A DNA stretch of 64,000 bases from positions 62,001-126,000 of the forward strand of contig JAWLHB010000015.1 of NCBI GenBank assembly GCA_041690595.1, given 5' to 3'. The notes under the pieces are model-generated. The model saw nothing but the letters and a program-made list of their open reading frames with translations. It was not told the DNA's origin and searched no databases. How positions within the stretch are numbered: position 1 is the stretch's first letter; each line of letters begins with the position of its first letter. Below, in pieces: positions 9,419-18,954 of this stretch. The position numbers and the translations under genes were made by a program. The DNA is from Lentisphaeria bacterium (lineage in GTDB: Bacteria > Verrucomicrobiota > Lentisphaeria > JABSQK01 > JAWLHB01).

Positions 9419-10750
9419 ATGGAAAGCTTGCGGAGTGATACGTTGGAGTCGGCGCTGCCGGCGAAGCTGGGCGGTCCGAAAGCGGTAGAAAGTTACGATG
9501 CATCACTGTTTCACTGGCCGATCGTGACGAGTGAGGATGAAGAGGCGGTGCTTGGGGTGCTGCGGGAGGGCAGCATGAGCGGCACGGAGATCACCAAGCT
9601 GTTCGAGCGGGAGTTTGCGGAGTGGATGGGCGTTCCCTACGCGCTGGGCGCCTGCAACGGAACGGCGGGGCTGCTGGCGGCGATGTGGGCCTGTGAGGTC
9701 GGCGCCGGCACGGAGATCATCTGCCCGAGCATGACCTACTGGGCGAGCGCCATGCCGGCGCTGCAGCTGGGCGCCACCGTCAATTTTGCCGATATCGAGC
9801 GGGATAGCCTCTGCATCGATCCGGCGGATATCGAGCATCGCATCGGACCGAAGACGAAGGCGATTGTCGTGGTTCATTACGCGGGACATCCAGCGGACAT
9901 GGACCGGATCATGCCGATCGCGCGAAAGCATGGGGTCCGGGTGATAGAAGATACGTCGCATGCACAGGGAGCCATGTACAAGGGGCGCATGTGCGGCACG
10001 ATCGGCGACATCGGGGTGATGAGCCTGATGGCCGGCAAGTCCTTTGCGGTGGGGGAGGGTGGCATGAGCGTCACCCGCGATCAGGAGCTGTATGAGCGGT
10101 GCGTCGCCTATGGGCACTATGAACGCACCGGCGTCGCCAGCAACTACAACAAGGCGGATGCCTCGGTTACCTCGCAGGATCTGAAGCGATTTGCCGGCAG
10201 CCCGATTGGTGGGGTCAAGCACCGGATGAACCAGACCTGTGCGGCCATGGGCCGGGTGCAGTTGAGGCATTATCCGGAGCGTATCGCCGTGATCCAGAGC
10301 GCCATGAACCGCTTCTGGGATTTGCTGGAGGGGACGCCCGGCATCCGTCCGCATCGTGTGACGCATGCCGACAGCACCATGGGGGGCTGGTATTATGCGC
10401 GCGCGCTCTATTGGTCGGAGGAGCTGGGGGGACTGACCTCGGCGCAATTCTGCGAAGCGCTCGCCGCTGAAGGGGTGCCCTGCGGGATCGGCGGAAATCG
10501 GCCGCTGCATACGATGGCGGTCTTCCACGAAGCGGACATCTTCCGTCAGGGGATGCCGACGGCTATTGCCTTCGGCCAGCGCGATGTGCGGCAGGGGCCG
10601 GGAACGCTGCCGGTGAGCGAAAGCGTACCCGAGCAGGTCATCTCGGCGCCATGGTTCAAGCATGACGAGCCCGCGATTATCGCACGTTTTGCCGCCGCCT
10701 ATCGCAAGGTGGCGCTTCAGGCTGACAGATTACTTGCAACGACTATCTAG
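9419..10750 (+). CDS. DegT/DnrJ/EryC1/StrS family PLP aminotransferase
   Basis: NGTAGL, VIEDTSHAQG and SLMAGKSFAVGEGG (PLP lysine) motifs. ATG 9419 follows GGAGGG. Confidence 0.92.
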   Translation: MESLRSDTLESALPAKLGGPKAVESYDASLFHWPIVTSEDEEAVLGVLREGSMSGTEITKLFEREFAEWMGVPYALGACNGTAGLLAAMWACEVGAGTEIICPSMTYWASAMPALQLGATVNFADIERDSLCIDPADIEHRIGPKTKAIVVVHYAGHPADMDRIMPIARKHGVRVIEDTSHAQGAMYKGRMCGTIGDIGVMSLMAGKSFAVGEGGMSVTRDQELYERCVAYGHYERTGVASNYNKADASVTSQDLKRFAGSPIGGVKHRMNQTCAAMGRVQLRHYPERIAVIQSAMNRFWDLLEGTPGIRPHRVTHADSTMGGWYYARALYWSEELGGLTSAQFCEALAAEGVPCGIGGNRPLHTMAVFHEADIFRQGMPTAIAFGQRDVRQGPGTLPVSESVPEQVISAPWFKHDEPAIIARFAAAYRKVALQADRLLATTI

Positions 10751-10771
10751 TTGATGAAGGAAGGGACTGAT

Positions 10772-12025
10772 ATGACGACATCCAGTGCGACATTAGCGAT
10801 TGACGGTGGGGAACGCGCGATGGCCGCGCTTCCGCCACGCCACCTCTTTGGCAGCGAGGAGAAAGCCGCGGTCGATGCACTCTTCGATAGCTGCATCGCC
10901 AGTGGCGAAGTATTCAGCTACAATGGGGCGGAGGAGCAGGCGTACTGCCAGGAGTTTGCCCAGTATATGGGCGGCGGTTACGCGGATGCGGTGAATTCGG
11001 GCTCGAGCGCCGTCTACGTGGCGCTGCGGTCGCTGCGTCTGCCGGCCTTCACGGAGGTGCTCTGCGGGCCGATCTCGGATCCCGGCGGCATCATGCCGAT
11101 TGCCCTGTGCAACAACATTCCGGTGCCCGTGGATGGAGCGCCTGGTTCGTTCAATCCCGATCCCGCGTCCATTGCGGAACGGATCACGGAACATACCAGT
11201 GCCATCGTCGTGACCCATATCGCAGGCATTCCCGCGGACATGGAAGCGATCATGCAGCTGGCGCGCAGTCATGGCCTCAAGGTAGTCGAAGATTGCGCCC
11301 AGGCCCATGGCGCTGACTTTCGCGGCCGCAAAGTTGGCACCTGGGGCGATGTAGCCGCCTTCTCCACCATGTCGGGCAAGCATCATGCGACCGGTGGGCA
11401 GGGAGGTGTCGTTTACACGCAGGAGGAAGAGACGTACTGGTGGGCGCGCCGCACCTCCGATCGAGGCAAGCCCTTCAACCTGCCGGGCGCGCGCGGCAAT
11501 GTGGTGGCTTCGAGCAACTTGAACCTGAACGACCTGTCAGCGGTCATCGGCCGAGTGCAACTGCGGAAACTGCCCGGGATTCTGGCGAGGCGGCAGGAGA
11601 GCGCGAGGTGGCTGATCGCCGCCTGCCGCGAGGAGCTGCAGAGCCTGCGCATTGCCGATGGCCCAGCGGACGCGAATTCCGTCTACTGGTTCCTCTTCGG
11701 CCAGTTGTGCCTGGAGAAGCTGTCGGTGGACAAGGCGACGTTTGTGAAGGCGCTGCAGGCGGAGGGGGTGCCATGCGGGCCGAGCTACCTGCATCTCTTT
11801 GTCGATCATGACTGGTATCGTAACCGTCAAGTCTTCGACGGCACCGACTATCCGTGGGGTTGCCCCCTGTACAAGGGCGATGCCAATGCCGAGTATCCGG
11901 TGCCCAACATTCGCGAGACCGACACCTATACCTTCCAGTTGCCGTGGCATGAAGGCATCACGGTTGAGGTGGCGAAGCAGATCCTGCAGGCGCTGCTAAA
12001 AGTGGAGAAGGCATACCTGAAATGA
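10772..12025 (+). CDS. DegT/DnrJ/EryC1/StrS family PLP aminotransferase
   Basis: VNSGSSA, VVEDCAQAHG and FSTMSGKHHATGGQGG motifs. Confidence 0.92.
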   Translation: MTTSSATLAIDGGERAMAALPPRHLFGSEEKAAVDALFDSCIASGEVFSYNGAEEQAYCQEFAQYMGGGYADAVNSGSSAVYVALRSLRLPAFTEVLCGPISDPGGIMPIALCNNIPVPVDGAPGSFNPDPASIAERITEHTSAIVVTHIAGIPADMEAIMQLARSHGLKVVEDCAQAHGADFRGRKVGTWGDVAAFSTMSGKHHATGGQGGVVYTQEEETYWWARRTSDRGKPFNLPGARGNVVASSNLNLNDLSAVIGRVQLRKLPGILARRQESARWLIAACREELQSLRIADGPADANSVYWFLFGQLCLEKLSVDKATFVKALQAEGVPCGPSYLHLFVDHDWYRNRQVFDGTDYPWGCPLYKGDANAEYPVPNIRETDTYTFQLPWHEGITVEVAKQILQALLKVEKAYLK

Positions 12026-13098
12026 CCGAAAGCCACATTCCCAGAACCCCGCCGGTGCGCTTTGCGATCGTCGGCACCGGTCTTATTGCCGGCTTTCATG
12101 CCAAGGCGATTGCCGACTGTGCGCATGGTTGTCTGACGGCGGTTTACGATGCCGTGCCGGATCGGGCTCGTGCCTTTGCCGAGGAAACGGGCGTGTCGGC
12201 GGCCTCCTCGCTGGATGAGCTGCTGTCGCGTGAGGACGTGGATGCTATCACGATCGCGACCCCGAGCGGGACGCATGGCGCGATTGCGCTGCCGGCCGCG
12301 CGCGCCGGCAAGCACGTGCTTTGCGAAAAGCCGCTCGAGATCACGACGGAGCGGATCGATGAGATGATTGCCACCTGCCGGGAGCACGGGGTGCAGCTGG
12401 GGGCTATCCTTCCCGCCCGCACGGCCCCGGGCGTTGCCTTGATCCGCAAGGCGCTCGATGCGGGGCGATTCGGCAGGCTGATCTTCGCCAACGTCGAGCT
12501 GAAGTGGTACCGTTCACAGGCATACTACGAGAGCAGTGGCTGGCGTGGCACCTGGGCACTCGACGGCGGCGGCGCCCTGATGAACCAGGGCATTCACCAG
12601 ATCGATCTGATGCTCCACTTCGCCGGCGACGCGGAATCCGTCTTTGCCTACACCGACACGCGCACCCATCCGGGGGTGGAGGTGGAGGATTCCGCGGTGG
12701 TAGTCGTCCGCTTTGTCGGCGGCGCTCTCGGGACGATCGTCGCCAGCACATGTTGCGAACCGGGCTTTCCGCGACGGGTCGAGATCACGGGCGAAAGGGG
12801 GCACGTGGTGCTTCAGGACGACATTCTGGTCAAATGGGCCTTTACGAAAGAGTTGCCTGGAGACCTTGAGATCCAGGCGGCCGCGGCGGAGGGCCGTCAG
12901 GGCGGAGCCGGCGCCGGGGATCCCGCCAACATTTCATACGCCGGTCACCTGACGCAGATCGACGACTTTGCCCGGGCTATACGCACTGGAGCCGAACCGA
13001 TGATCACTGGTGTGGAAGGTCGTCGATCCGTGGCGCTGATCTGCGCCGCGTACGAGTCTTCCCGCGAGAAGCGGGAAGTGCGCCTGCAGGTCAGGTAG
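12022..13098 (+). CDS. Gfo/Idh/MocA family NAD-dependent oxidoreductase
   Basis: GTGLIA, HVLCEKP and WRGTWALDGGGALMNQGIH motifs. Confidence 0.93.
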   Translation: MTESHIPRTPPVRFAIVGTGLIAGFHAKAIADCAHGCLTAVYDAVPDRARAFAEETGVSAASSLDELLSREDVDAITIATPSGTHGAIALPAARAGKHVLCEKPLEITTERIDEMIATCREHGVQLGAILPARTAPGVALIRKALDAGRFGRLIFANVELKWYRSQAYYESSGWRGTWALDGGGALMNQGIHQIDLMLHFAGDAESVFAYTDTRTHPGVEVEDSAVVVVRFVGGALGTIVASTCCEPGFPRRVEITGERGHVVLQDDILVKWAFTKELPGDLEIQAAAAEGRQGGAGAGDPANISYAGHLTQIDDFARAIRTGAEPMITGVEGRRSVALICAAYESSREKREVRLQVR

Positions 13099-13396
13099 GC
13101 TGGGGGTAGGTGGCGATGAGGGTGACATCCTTGACTGCCGGCTCGAAGAACCGGCGTCGCACGGCCAGGTAGTCGGTATCGGCAAAGAAGGCCTTCATCG
13201 CCTCCTCCGTGGGGAAGCTCAGGGTGAAGAGTCGGTTGATGGGGGCCTGGCTGCGCGACTTGAGGACCTCGGCAATCCTGAAATCATACCCGAAAGCGCC
13301 CCCGTATGTTGCCAGGATGGGCGTCATCGCTTCCCGGTAAGCCGTGTACGCCTCATCGTCAATGACATTCAGGCCAACAAGTCGTTCGATGCTCAT
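13091..13396 (-). CDS. DUF1330-like small ferredoxin-fold protein
   Basis: YTAYREAMTPILATYGG...LSFPTEEAMKAFFADTDY pattern. Confidence 0.75.
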   Translation of the reverse strand: MSIERLVGLNVIDDEAYTAYREAMTPILATYGGAFGYDFRIAEVLKSRSQAPINRLFTLSFPTEEAMKAFFADTDYLAVRRRFFEPAVKDVTLIATYPQPT

Positions 13397-14388
13397 GATC
13401 CACTATCCTGCTTGGGGGTTTTGGCTGAAACTATCCAGGAGGCGGTGATGGCCAGTTCTTCCGGCGGGTAGGATGCAAAGCGCGCGTGGGGTTGGAGAGC
13501 GCCCGTCTTCAGGAGTTGCAGGGATTGCGCATCGGTCTCTGGCTGGGCCAGGACGATCTGGTGGCCGGCGGAGGTGAAAAGCCGCAGGTAGTCGGCATGC
13601 CGGAGCCGGTTCATGTACATGTAGCGGTTGCCCGCCAGACGCTCCCACTTCGCTTCCGGAAATTGGAGGAAATTGACGGCGGAAATGGCGCTGTCGGCAT
13701 GGGAGAAGTGGTCGCTGTAATCGATGCGGTGGATGAAGAGCCCATCGTCATGCAGGATGCGGTTTCCTTCCTTCAGGATGGCTTCGAGCACGGGACGTGG
13801 AATGTGCTCGAAGACGGTGTAGGAGAGGTGGAAGTCGATGCTCGCTTCGGGAAGGCGGGTATCGGCGGCGTCCCCGGGGGCCATATAGTCGATGTTGCAG
13901 CAGGTGAGGAAGGCCTGCTGGGAGAAGGCACCGCCGGTGAGCAGGGCGAGCAATTCGTCCAGACGCTCTGGGATGAGAAGGTTGCCGAACATCACCTCGA
14001 TCTCAGGGCGATTGGCGGCGATGTACTCCAGGGACTCGCGAATCAGCTCCTCCTTCATGTAAGGATTGAGATCGACGGTGACGGTTCGCCTGGCGCCCAT
14101 GAGCCAGAAGGCCAGAGGGACGAGGGGGACGCGTCCGGTCCCCACCTCCAGAAGGCTTTTGCCGTTTGGGTCGCGGCCCAGGGCATGGAGGCGTCTGCAG
14201 GCTTCGACCCCGGCTTTCAGCCGGGAGGTAGGATCCATTCGTTTCAGTCCGCCAAAGTGACGTTGAATCCAGTAGTAGGCGGCGTAGGAGTGCTCCGAGG
14301 GGAGCCGCGAGACGGCGTTCTGGATGAAGGACTTAAGCTTCCAATGCACGAGGCGTCTCCATGGGCGGCAGGTTTCAGCCGGCGACAT
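13393..14388 (-). CDS. Class I SAM-dependent methyltransferase
   Basis: LLEVGTG motif I, SIDFHLSYTVFEH, and RILHDDG..IHRIDYSDH. Start may be the GTG near 14349. Confidence 0.8.
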   Translation of the reverse strand: MSPAETCRPWRRLVHWKLKSFIQNAVSRLPSEHSYAAYYWIQRHFGGLKRMDPTSRLKAGVEACRRLHALGRDPNGKSLLEVGTGRVPLVPLAFWLMGARRTVTVDLNPYMKEELIRESLEYIAANRPEIEVMFGNLLIPERLDELLALLTGGAFSQQAFLTCCNIDYMAPGDAADTRLPEASIDFHLSYTVFEHIPRPVLEAILKEGNRILHDDGLFIHRIDYSDHFSHADSAISAVNFLQFPEAKWERLAGNRYMYMNRLRHADYLRLFTSAGHQIVLAQPETDAQSLQLLKTGALQPHARFASYPPEELAITASWIVSAKTPKQDSGS

Positions 14389-15055
14389 AGTGGTGATTGA
14401 TGGCGCTGTTCTTGAGTCCGATGCCGCGGAGAACGAAGAGCATGATGGTGTCGAGTGCTTCCTCTTCGGGTGGCTGCCACTCGGTGGCGACTGGCATGGG
14501 GAGCTTCAGGAGGCGAACGCCGAGCGCCAGGTGATGCGTGAGCCAGAAGGCGCTTTCGTCCCTGGCCGCGCCTTTGCGCAGATCTCCGGCCTTGGCGGCG
14601 GCCTGCAGGGAGTCGAGAAAGACGGCGACAAGCTGCTGATGCCGCTTGGCAAAGAGGCTGCGCGCATAGTCGCCGTCGTCGAGCAGGCTTTGGGCGATGA
14701 GTCGTGCTTCGGTGTCGCTTTCGCCATGGAGAAGCTGAGTGACGATGAGGCGGATGCAGCGGACCAGGCGGCCGGTGGTGGGTGGCATGTGGAGGATGAG
14801 TTCCAGGCCGGGAGGAGGGAGCGCGTGTTGCGTCTCCATCGCGTCGAGTGCATGGAAGATGGCCGACTTGCTGGGGAAGTGTTTGTAGAGGAGCGCTTCC
14901 GAAATCCCGGCGGCGGCGGCAAGCTCGCGGGTTGTGGCGCCGTGCAACCCCTTGCGGGCGAAGATCGGCGCGACCGCGGTGAGAATCGCTTCACGACGTT
15001 TTTCATGTTGCATGCGTTTGCCGTTAGCCATGCCGTACATGAACGGCGGCTTCAC
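14375..15055 (-). CDS. TetR/AcrR family transcriptional regulator
   Basis: FARKGLHGATTRELAAAAGISEALLYKHFPSK HTH. Start uncertain (about 15013-15055). Confidence 0.9.
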   Translation of the reverse strand: MKPPFMYGMANGKRMQHEKRREAILTAVAPIFARKGLHGATTRELAAAAGISEALLYKHFPSKSAIFHALDAMETQHALPPPGLELILHMPPTTGRLVRCIRLIVTQLLHGESDTEARLIAQSLLDDGDYARSLFAKRHQQLVAVFLDSLQAAAKAGDLRKGAARDESAFWLTHHLALGVRLLKLPMPVATEWQPPEEEALDTIMLFVLRGIGLKNSAINHHYVAG

Positions 15056-15371
15056 GATGTGTCAAGCAGCGCCTGGCAGATTATGGCGCATACGCCCTGT
15101 CGCGGTCAGCGCCGCTAAGATGTGACGGGAGACTTTCGACCCGTCTTCAAAAAATGTAAAAAGGCTGCGGAGAATTCGTTTTTGAGGCTGAAACAGGGGT
15201 CTTTGGAGGGTAGTCAGACCGGCATCATTGCGGTGATCATTTTGTTTCTTCTATATTGAACTACCAACGATTGACGTCGGTGAAGGACGCGAAGTGCATG
15301 AGACTCTGTCATCACCAGCGAACTGACGTTGATCGAAGATTCCGACTGTTCAACCCTGTGCCGGGGCTCAC

Positions 15372-15842
15372 ATGCCATTAAACTTGAGTATCATGCTAAC
15401 GCTTGTTCTTACCCTGCTCATCGGCGGTACAGGACTTTCGATAGCCGATGACGCGGCGAAAGCCGGCTTCCAGGCGGATGGGAACCTCATTTTCCGCGAC
15501 GGGAAGAATGGCAACTGGATCGTGGCCGCCAGTGCCGGCGGTTTGTTGGTCCGTCTGTATGCCTATCAGCCGGCGACCGATCCGGAAAGCGGAGGGCGAC
15601 ACGTGCAGGTATCACTTTACGCTGTCGAGGGGGATGTCCCCGTGGCGGCGATGGATATGGAGAAGTTTCGGAGCGAGGTGATCGATCCGCTGCTGCAATC
15701 GCCCCGGCAGGTGCCCCTGAGCGCCCAGCCGTTTTTGCGCGTTCCCCTGCGCAAGGAAGCTGACGAGCCTCTTCGCTGGGTGCCGCCGAGCGGCGACAGT
15801 TATCTTCCAGTTCGCAATGTGCAGAGTGAGGATGGTGCTTGA
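15372..15842 (+). CDS. Hypothetical exported protein
   Basis: N-terminal hydrophobic signal-like segment; no recognisable family. Confidence 0.6.
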   Translation: MPLNLSIMLTLVLTLLIGGTGLSIADDAAKAGFQADGNLIFRDGKNGNWIVAASAGGLLVRLYAYQPATDPESGGRHVQVSLYAVEGDVPVAAMDMEKFRSEVIDPLLQSPRQVPLSAQPFLRVPLRKEADEPLRWVPPSGDSYLPVRNVQSEDGA

Positions 15843-15997
15843 ACTTTGACTCTCATCACCAGAGGAGATTTTCGCGCGACAGGAGAGCGACCACGGGCCG
15901 GTGTGACGGTTCGAGGGCAGACGAGCATGGCGCATGGCCTGTTGCCGCTGTGCCGGGTGGAGGAACCAAAAACCAGGCAGACAAAAGGTAGCCAACA

Positions 15998-17227
15998 ATG
16001 ATTCACAAATGGGTTTTGGCATTACTTGCTGGAGCAATGACCGCTGGTCTGGCGCACGCACAAACGGAATACAACACACGACGGGACGATATAGACGAGA
16101 TCCGTAATCGCCATTACAACATCCTGATCGGTGACATGCAGCTCGACTTCGTCGGTCGCGTCAGTGTCACGTATGACGACAACGTCTACCGGGTTGAAGA
16201 TGGCGAAGAAGACGGGGTAACCGGTCGTTACAGTCTGGACACCGGGCTCTTCTGGCCGATCAGCCCGGATATGCTGCTGGACTTGCGCATCGATCTGGGA
16301 TACGTCCACAAGCTGAGCGGCGAGGCCGAAGAAGGATTTTCGATTCGCGCGGCGGAGACGGGCTCCTTCTCGTTCGACATGCTGGTGGGGGACAATGGAA
16401 TCCTCTCGGTGGTTGATGTTCTCACCGTGCGATCCGTCTCCGAGATTATCAGCGGCGATCGCGAAACGAACGCGAACTATCGCGAGTTGGAGAACGACTT
16501 GGGGATCCAGTACGAAGTGGATCCTTCGCCCTACTGGGTAGCGGGGGCGAGGATCGGCCGGCGCGACATCCGGGTTCTGGACGACAGCGACTATGACTAC
16601 CGTAATCGCGTGACCTGGTACGGCGCGGGCAATGCCGACTGGAAGCTGAACGAGGCCATGCGCCTCGGCCCTTATGTCGCCATACGCATGCACGAGTTTG
16701 TAGAAGACGGCAACAACGACTCCGACGAGTATGAGGCCGGCCTGCGCTGGTTGTGGGCAATTACCGACTTCACCACCCTCAATGTCAGTGGCGGTTACCA
16801 GGTAATCGATGTGGATGAAGAGGTGCCGACACCGGGCAGCACGACGAAGCTGGAGGAGTTTACGGGCCGAATCGGCCTGGACAACCGGCTGACGGAGAAC
16901 TTCAAGCAGGGGATCTCCGTGGCCTATGAACACAACGTATCGGGTCTGCTGGGGGTCAACTTCACGCAGGATATCTCTACGCGTTACTATGCGGATTGGT
17001 CGATCAACCCAAGCTGGGTTCTCGGCTACGGTTTTCAGTGGCTCAATTCCGACGAGAAGGCGGAAGGCGGGGAAGAGGCGGATTTCTTCGATAACAGCCT
17101 GCGTCTGACTTGGCTTCTCAGCGAGCAGTTGAGCACGTATGCCGAGTATCGGCGTACAGACAAGGACTCCAATCAGGAGAGCTACGACCGCAATGAAATG
17201 AGCATTGGAGTCGCCTATATCTTCTGA
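15998..17227 (+). CDS. Outer-membrane beta-barrel protein linked to polysaccharide export
   Basis: Signal peptide ending AHA, alternating hydrophobic beta-strands, C-terminal beta-signal MSIGVAYIF. Lies directly upstream of the OPX and Wzc genes. Confidence 0.8.
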   Translation: MIHKWVLALLAGAMTAGLAHAQTEYNTRRDDIDEIRNRHYNILIGDMQLDFVGRVSVTYDDNVYRVEDGEEDGVTGRYSLDTGLFWPISPDMLLDLRIDLGYVHKLSGEAEEGFSIRAAETGSFSFDMLVGDNGILSVVDVLTVRSVSEIISGDRETNANYRELENDLGIQYEVDPSPYWVAGARIGRRDIRVLDDSDYDYRNRVTWYGAGNADWKLNEAMRLGPYVAIRMHEFVEDGNNDSDEYEAGLRWLWAITDFTTLNVSGGYQVIDVDEEVPTPGSTTKLEEFTGRIGLDNRLTENFKQGISVAYEHNVSGLLGVNFTQDISTRYYADWSINPSWVLGYGFQWLNSDEKAEGGEEADFFDNSLRLTWLLSEQLSTYAEYRRTDKDSNQESYDRNEMSIGVAYIF

Positions 17228-17373
17228 CATCTCTCTCTGGTGTGACAAGGGTGGCCGCGCCGGCTGCATCGCTACGTCGATGCGCGCTTCCCTTGAAGCA
17301 CCGGGATAACCATGAGCCCCAACAAACCATGAACTGAATCCGGCGTAAGCCACCAACCCCCCGTGTGCCCCAC

Positions 17374-18954
17374 ATGAAAACATTCAAGATATCCCAGTTG
17401 CTTAGCCTTGCCGTGCTGCTGATTACGGCGTACGGACCGGCGGCGCTGCATGCTGAAACCGAGGTGGGCAAGAGCCCACCGCCCGAAGCCATCGCCAAAG
17501 CCGAGGTGCAACCCGCGGAGGCGATTCCGGTGGAAAGTGCTGTAGAGGTCTGGCGTTCCCAGGCGCATCTGCAGCTCATTCGCCCGGGTGACCTCGTCAA
17601 TATCCGGATGAAGGAAGATCCCGATGTCCTTTACGAGGGCAAGGTCTCGGCCGCTGGTCTGGTCACCTTGCCCTTCCTGGGGCATGTCACTCTGGCCGGT
17701 ATCGAAGAGCGCGCTGCCGAAGAGCACCTTGAAAAGGCCTTGACGGCGCGCCTTTATGAACGGGCGACGATGAGTGTCACGGTGCTGCAACGGGCAGCGG
17801 GGCAGATCCATGTTTATGGAGCTGTTCAGGCTCCCGGGAAGGTCGACCTTCCCGAATATGGTTCGATCAATGTGATGCAGACATTAAGCGACGTTGGCGG
17901 CGTGACCCGTTGGGCGGCCCCTGAGCAAGCGTATATCCTGCGTCAGCAGCCGGGCAGCACTGAGATGGGCCGGGTTCCCGTCAATCTTCGTGAAGTCTTC
18001 ATGAACGTGACCGGCAAGGAGAACGTCATGATGCAGGCGGGTGATATTCTCTTTGTGCCCGCCACGATTGGCGGCTGGGATGCGATGCTCTCCCGCGAGT
18101 CGGTGGAGGTCATCGTGACCGGCCAGGTGAACGATCCGGGTGCGGTGACGTTCTCTCCCGGTGAACGGGCCACCTTTCTTCGGGCGATCTTCAAAGCGGG
18201 CAACTTCTCCAAGCACGCCGGGCGCCACAATGTGCGCTGGGTTCGCTACAAGGATGGCGGCGAGCGGACGGTGAAGGAGATCGACGCGGAAGCCATCATG
18301 GCGCAGGGTCATCTCGATGCGGACTTCGAGCTGGAGTCCGGGGACATGATCATCGTCTCCCAGACGCCGGGCCACCTGTACGTCTATGGGGCGGTGCAGG
18401 AGCCGGGGCGGGTCGAGCTGCCGGCGAATGGCGAGCGGCCGACGGTCATGCAGGTCCTGAGCGAGGTGGGCGGGGTCTCCAAGTGGGCAGCTCCGAAGCG
18501 TGCCTACGTGATGCGTCGGGAGACGGGTCAGGATATTCCCACCAGGATCGAGGTCAACATCGAGGAGGCCTTCTCGAATATTGGCGGTAGGGAGAACATG
18601 CAGCTTCACGCGAACGATGTGCTCTTCGTGCCCGCCGCGACGGGTCCCTTCGATGCGATTCTCTCCAACTCCGAGACCGAGATCATCGTCACGGGTGCGG
18701 TCAATGCGCCTGGGATGGTCAAGTTCCAGCCCGGGGAAGATTGCACGTTTGTGCGGGCGATCTTCAAGGCGGGCAACTTCACCCAGTACGCAAAGGAAGA
18801 CAAGGTGCGCTGGATTCACCATGGAGAGGATGGGTCACGTCAGGTGACCGAAGTGAACGCCGCCCGGATCATCCAGGAAGGCGAACTGAACCAGGACTTT
18901 GAACTTAGCGCCGGGGACATGATCATTGTGCCTCGCAGTCGCATCAACTTTTGA
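17374..18954 (+). CDS. Polysaccharide export (OPX/Wza-like) protein with Poly_export and four SLBB domains
   Basis: IRPGDLVNI...VSAAGLVTLPFLGHV Poly_export motif; repeated VYGAV.PG / VTG.VN.PG / GD.IIV SLBB motifs. Confidence 0.88.
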   Translation: MKTFKISQLLSLAVLLITAYGPAALHAETEVGKSPPPEAIAKAEVQPAEAIPVESAVEVWRSQAHLQLIRPGDLVNIRMKEDPDVLYEGKVSAAGLVTLPFLGHVTLAGIEERAAEEHLEKALTARLYERATMSVTVLQRAAGQIHVYGAVQAPGKVDLPEYGSINVMQTLSDVGGVTRWAAPEQAYILRQQPGSTEMGRVPVNLREVFMNVTGKENVMMQAGDILFVPATIGGWDAMLSRESVEVIVTGQVNDPGAVTFSPGERATFLRAIFKAGNFSKHAGRHNVRWVRYKDGGERTVKEIDAEAIMAQGHLDADFELESGDMIIVSQTPGHLYVYGAVQEPGRVELPANGERPTVMQVLSEVGGVSKWAAPKRAYVMRRETGQDIPTRIEVNIEEAFSNIGGRENMQLHANDVLFVPAATGPFDAILSNSETEIIVTGAVNAPGMVKFQPGEDCTFVRAIFKAGNFTQYAKEDKVRWIHHGEDGSRQVTEVNAARIIQEGELNQDFELSAGDMIIVPRSRINF

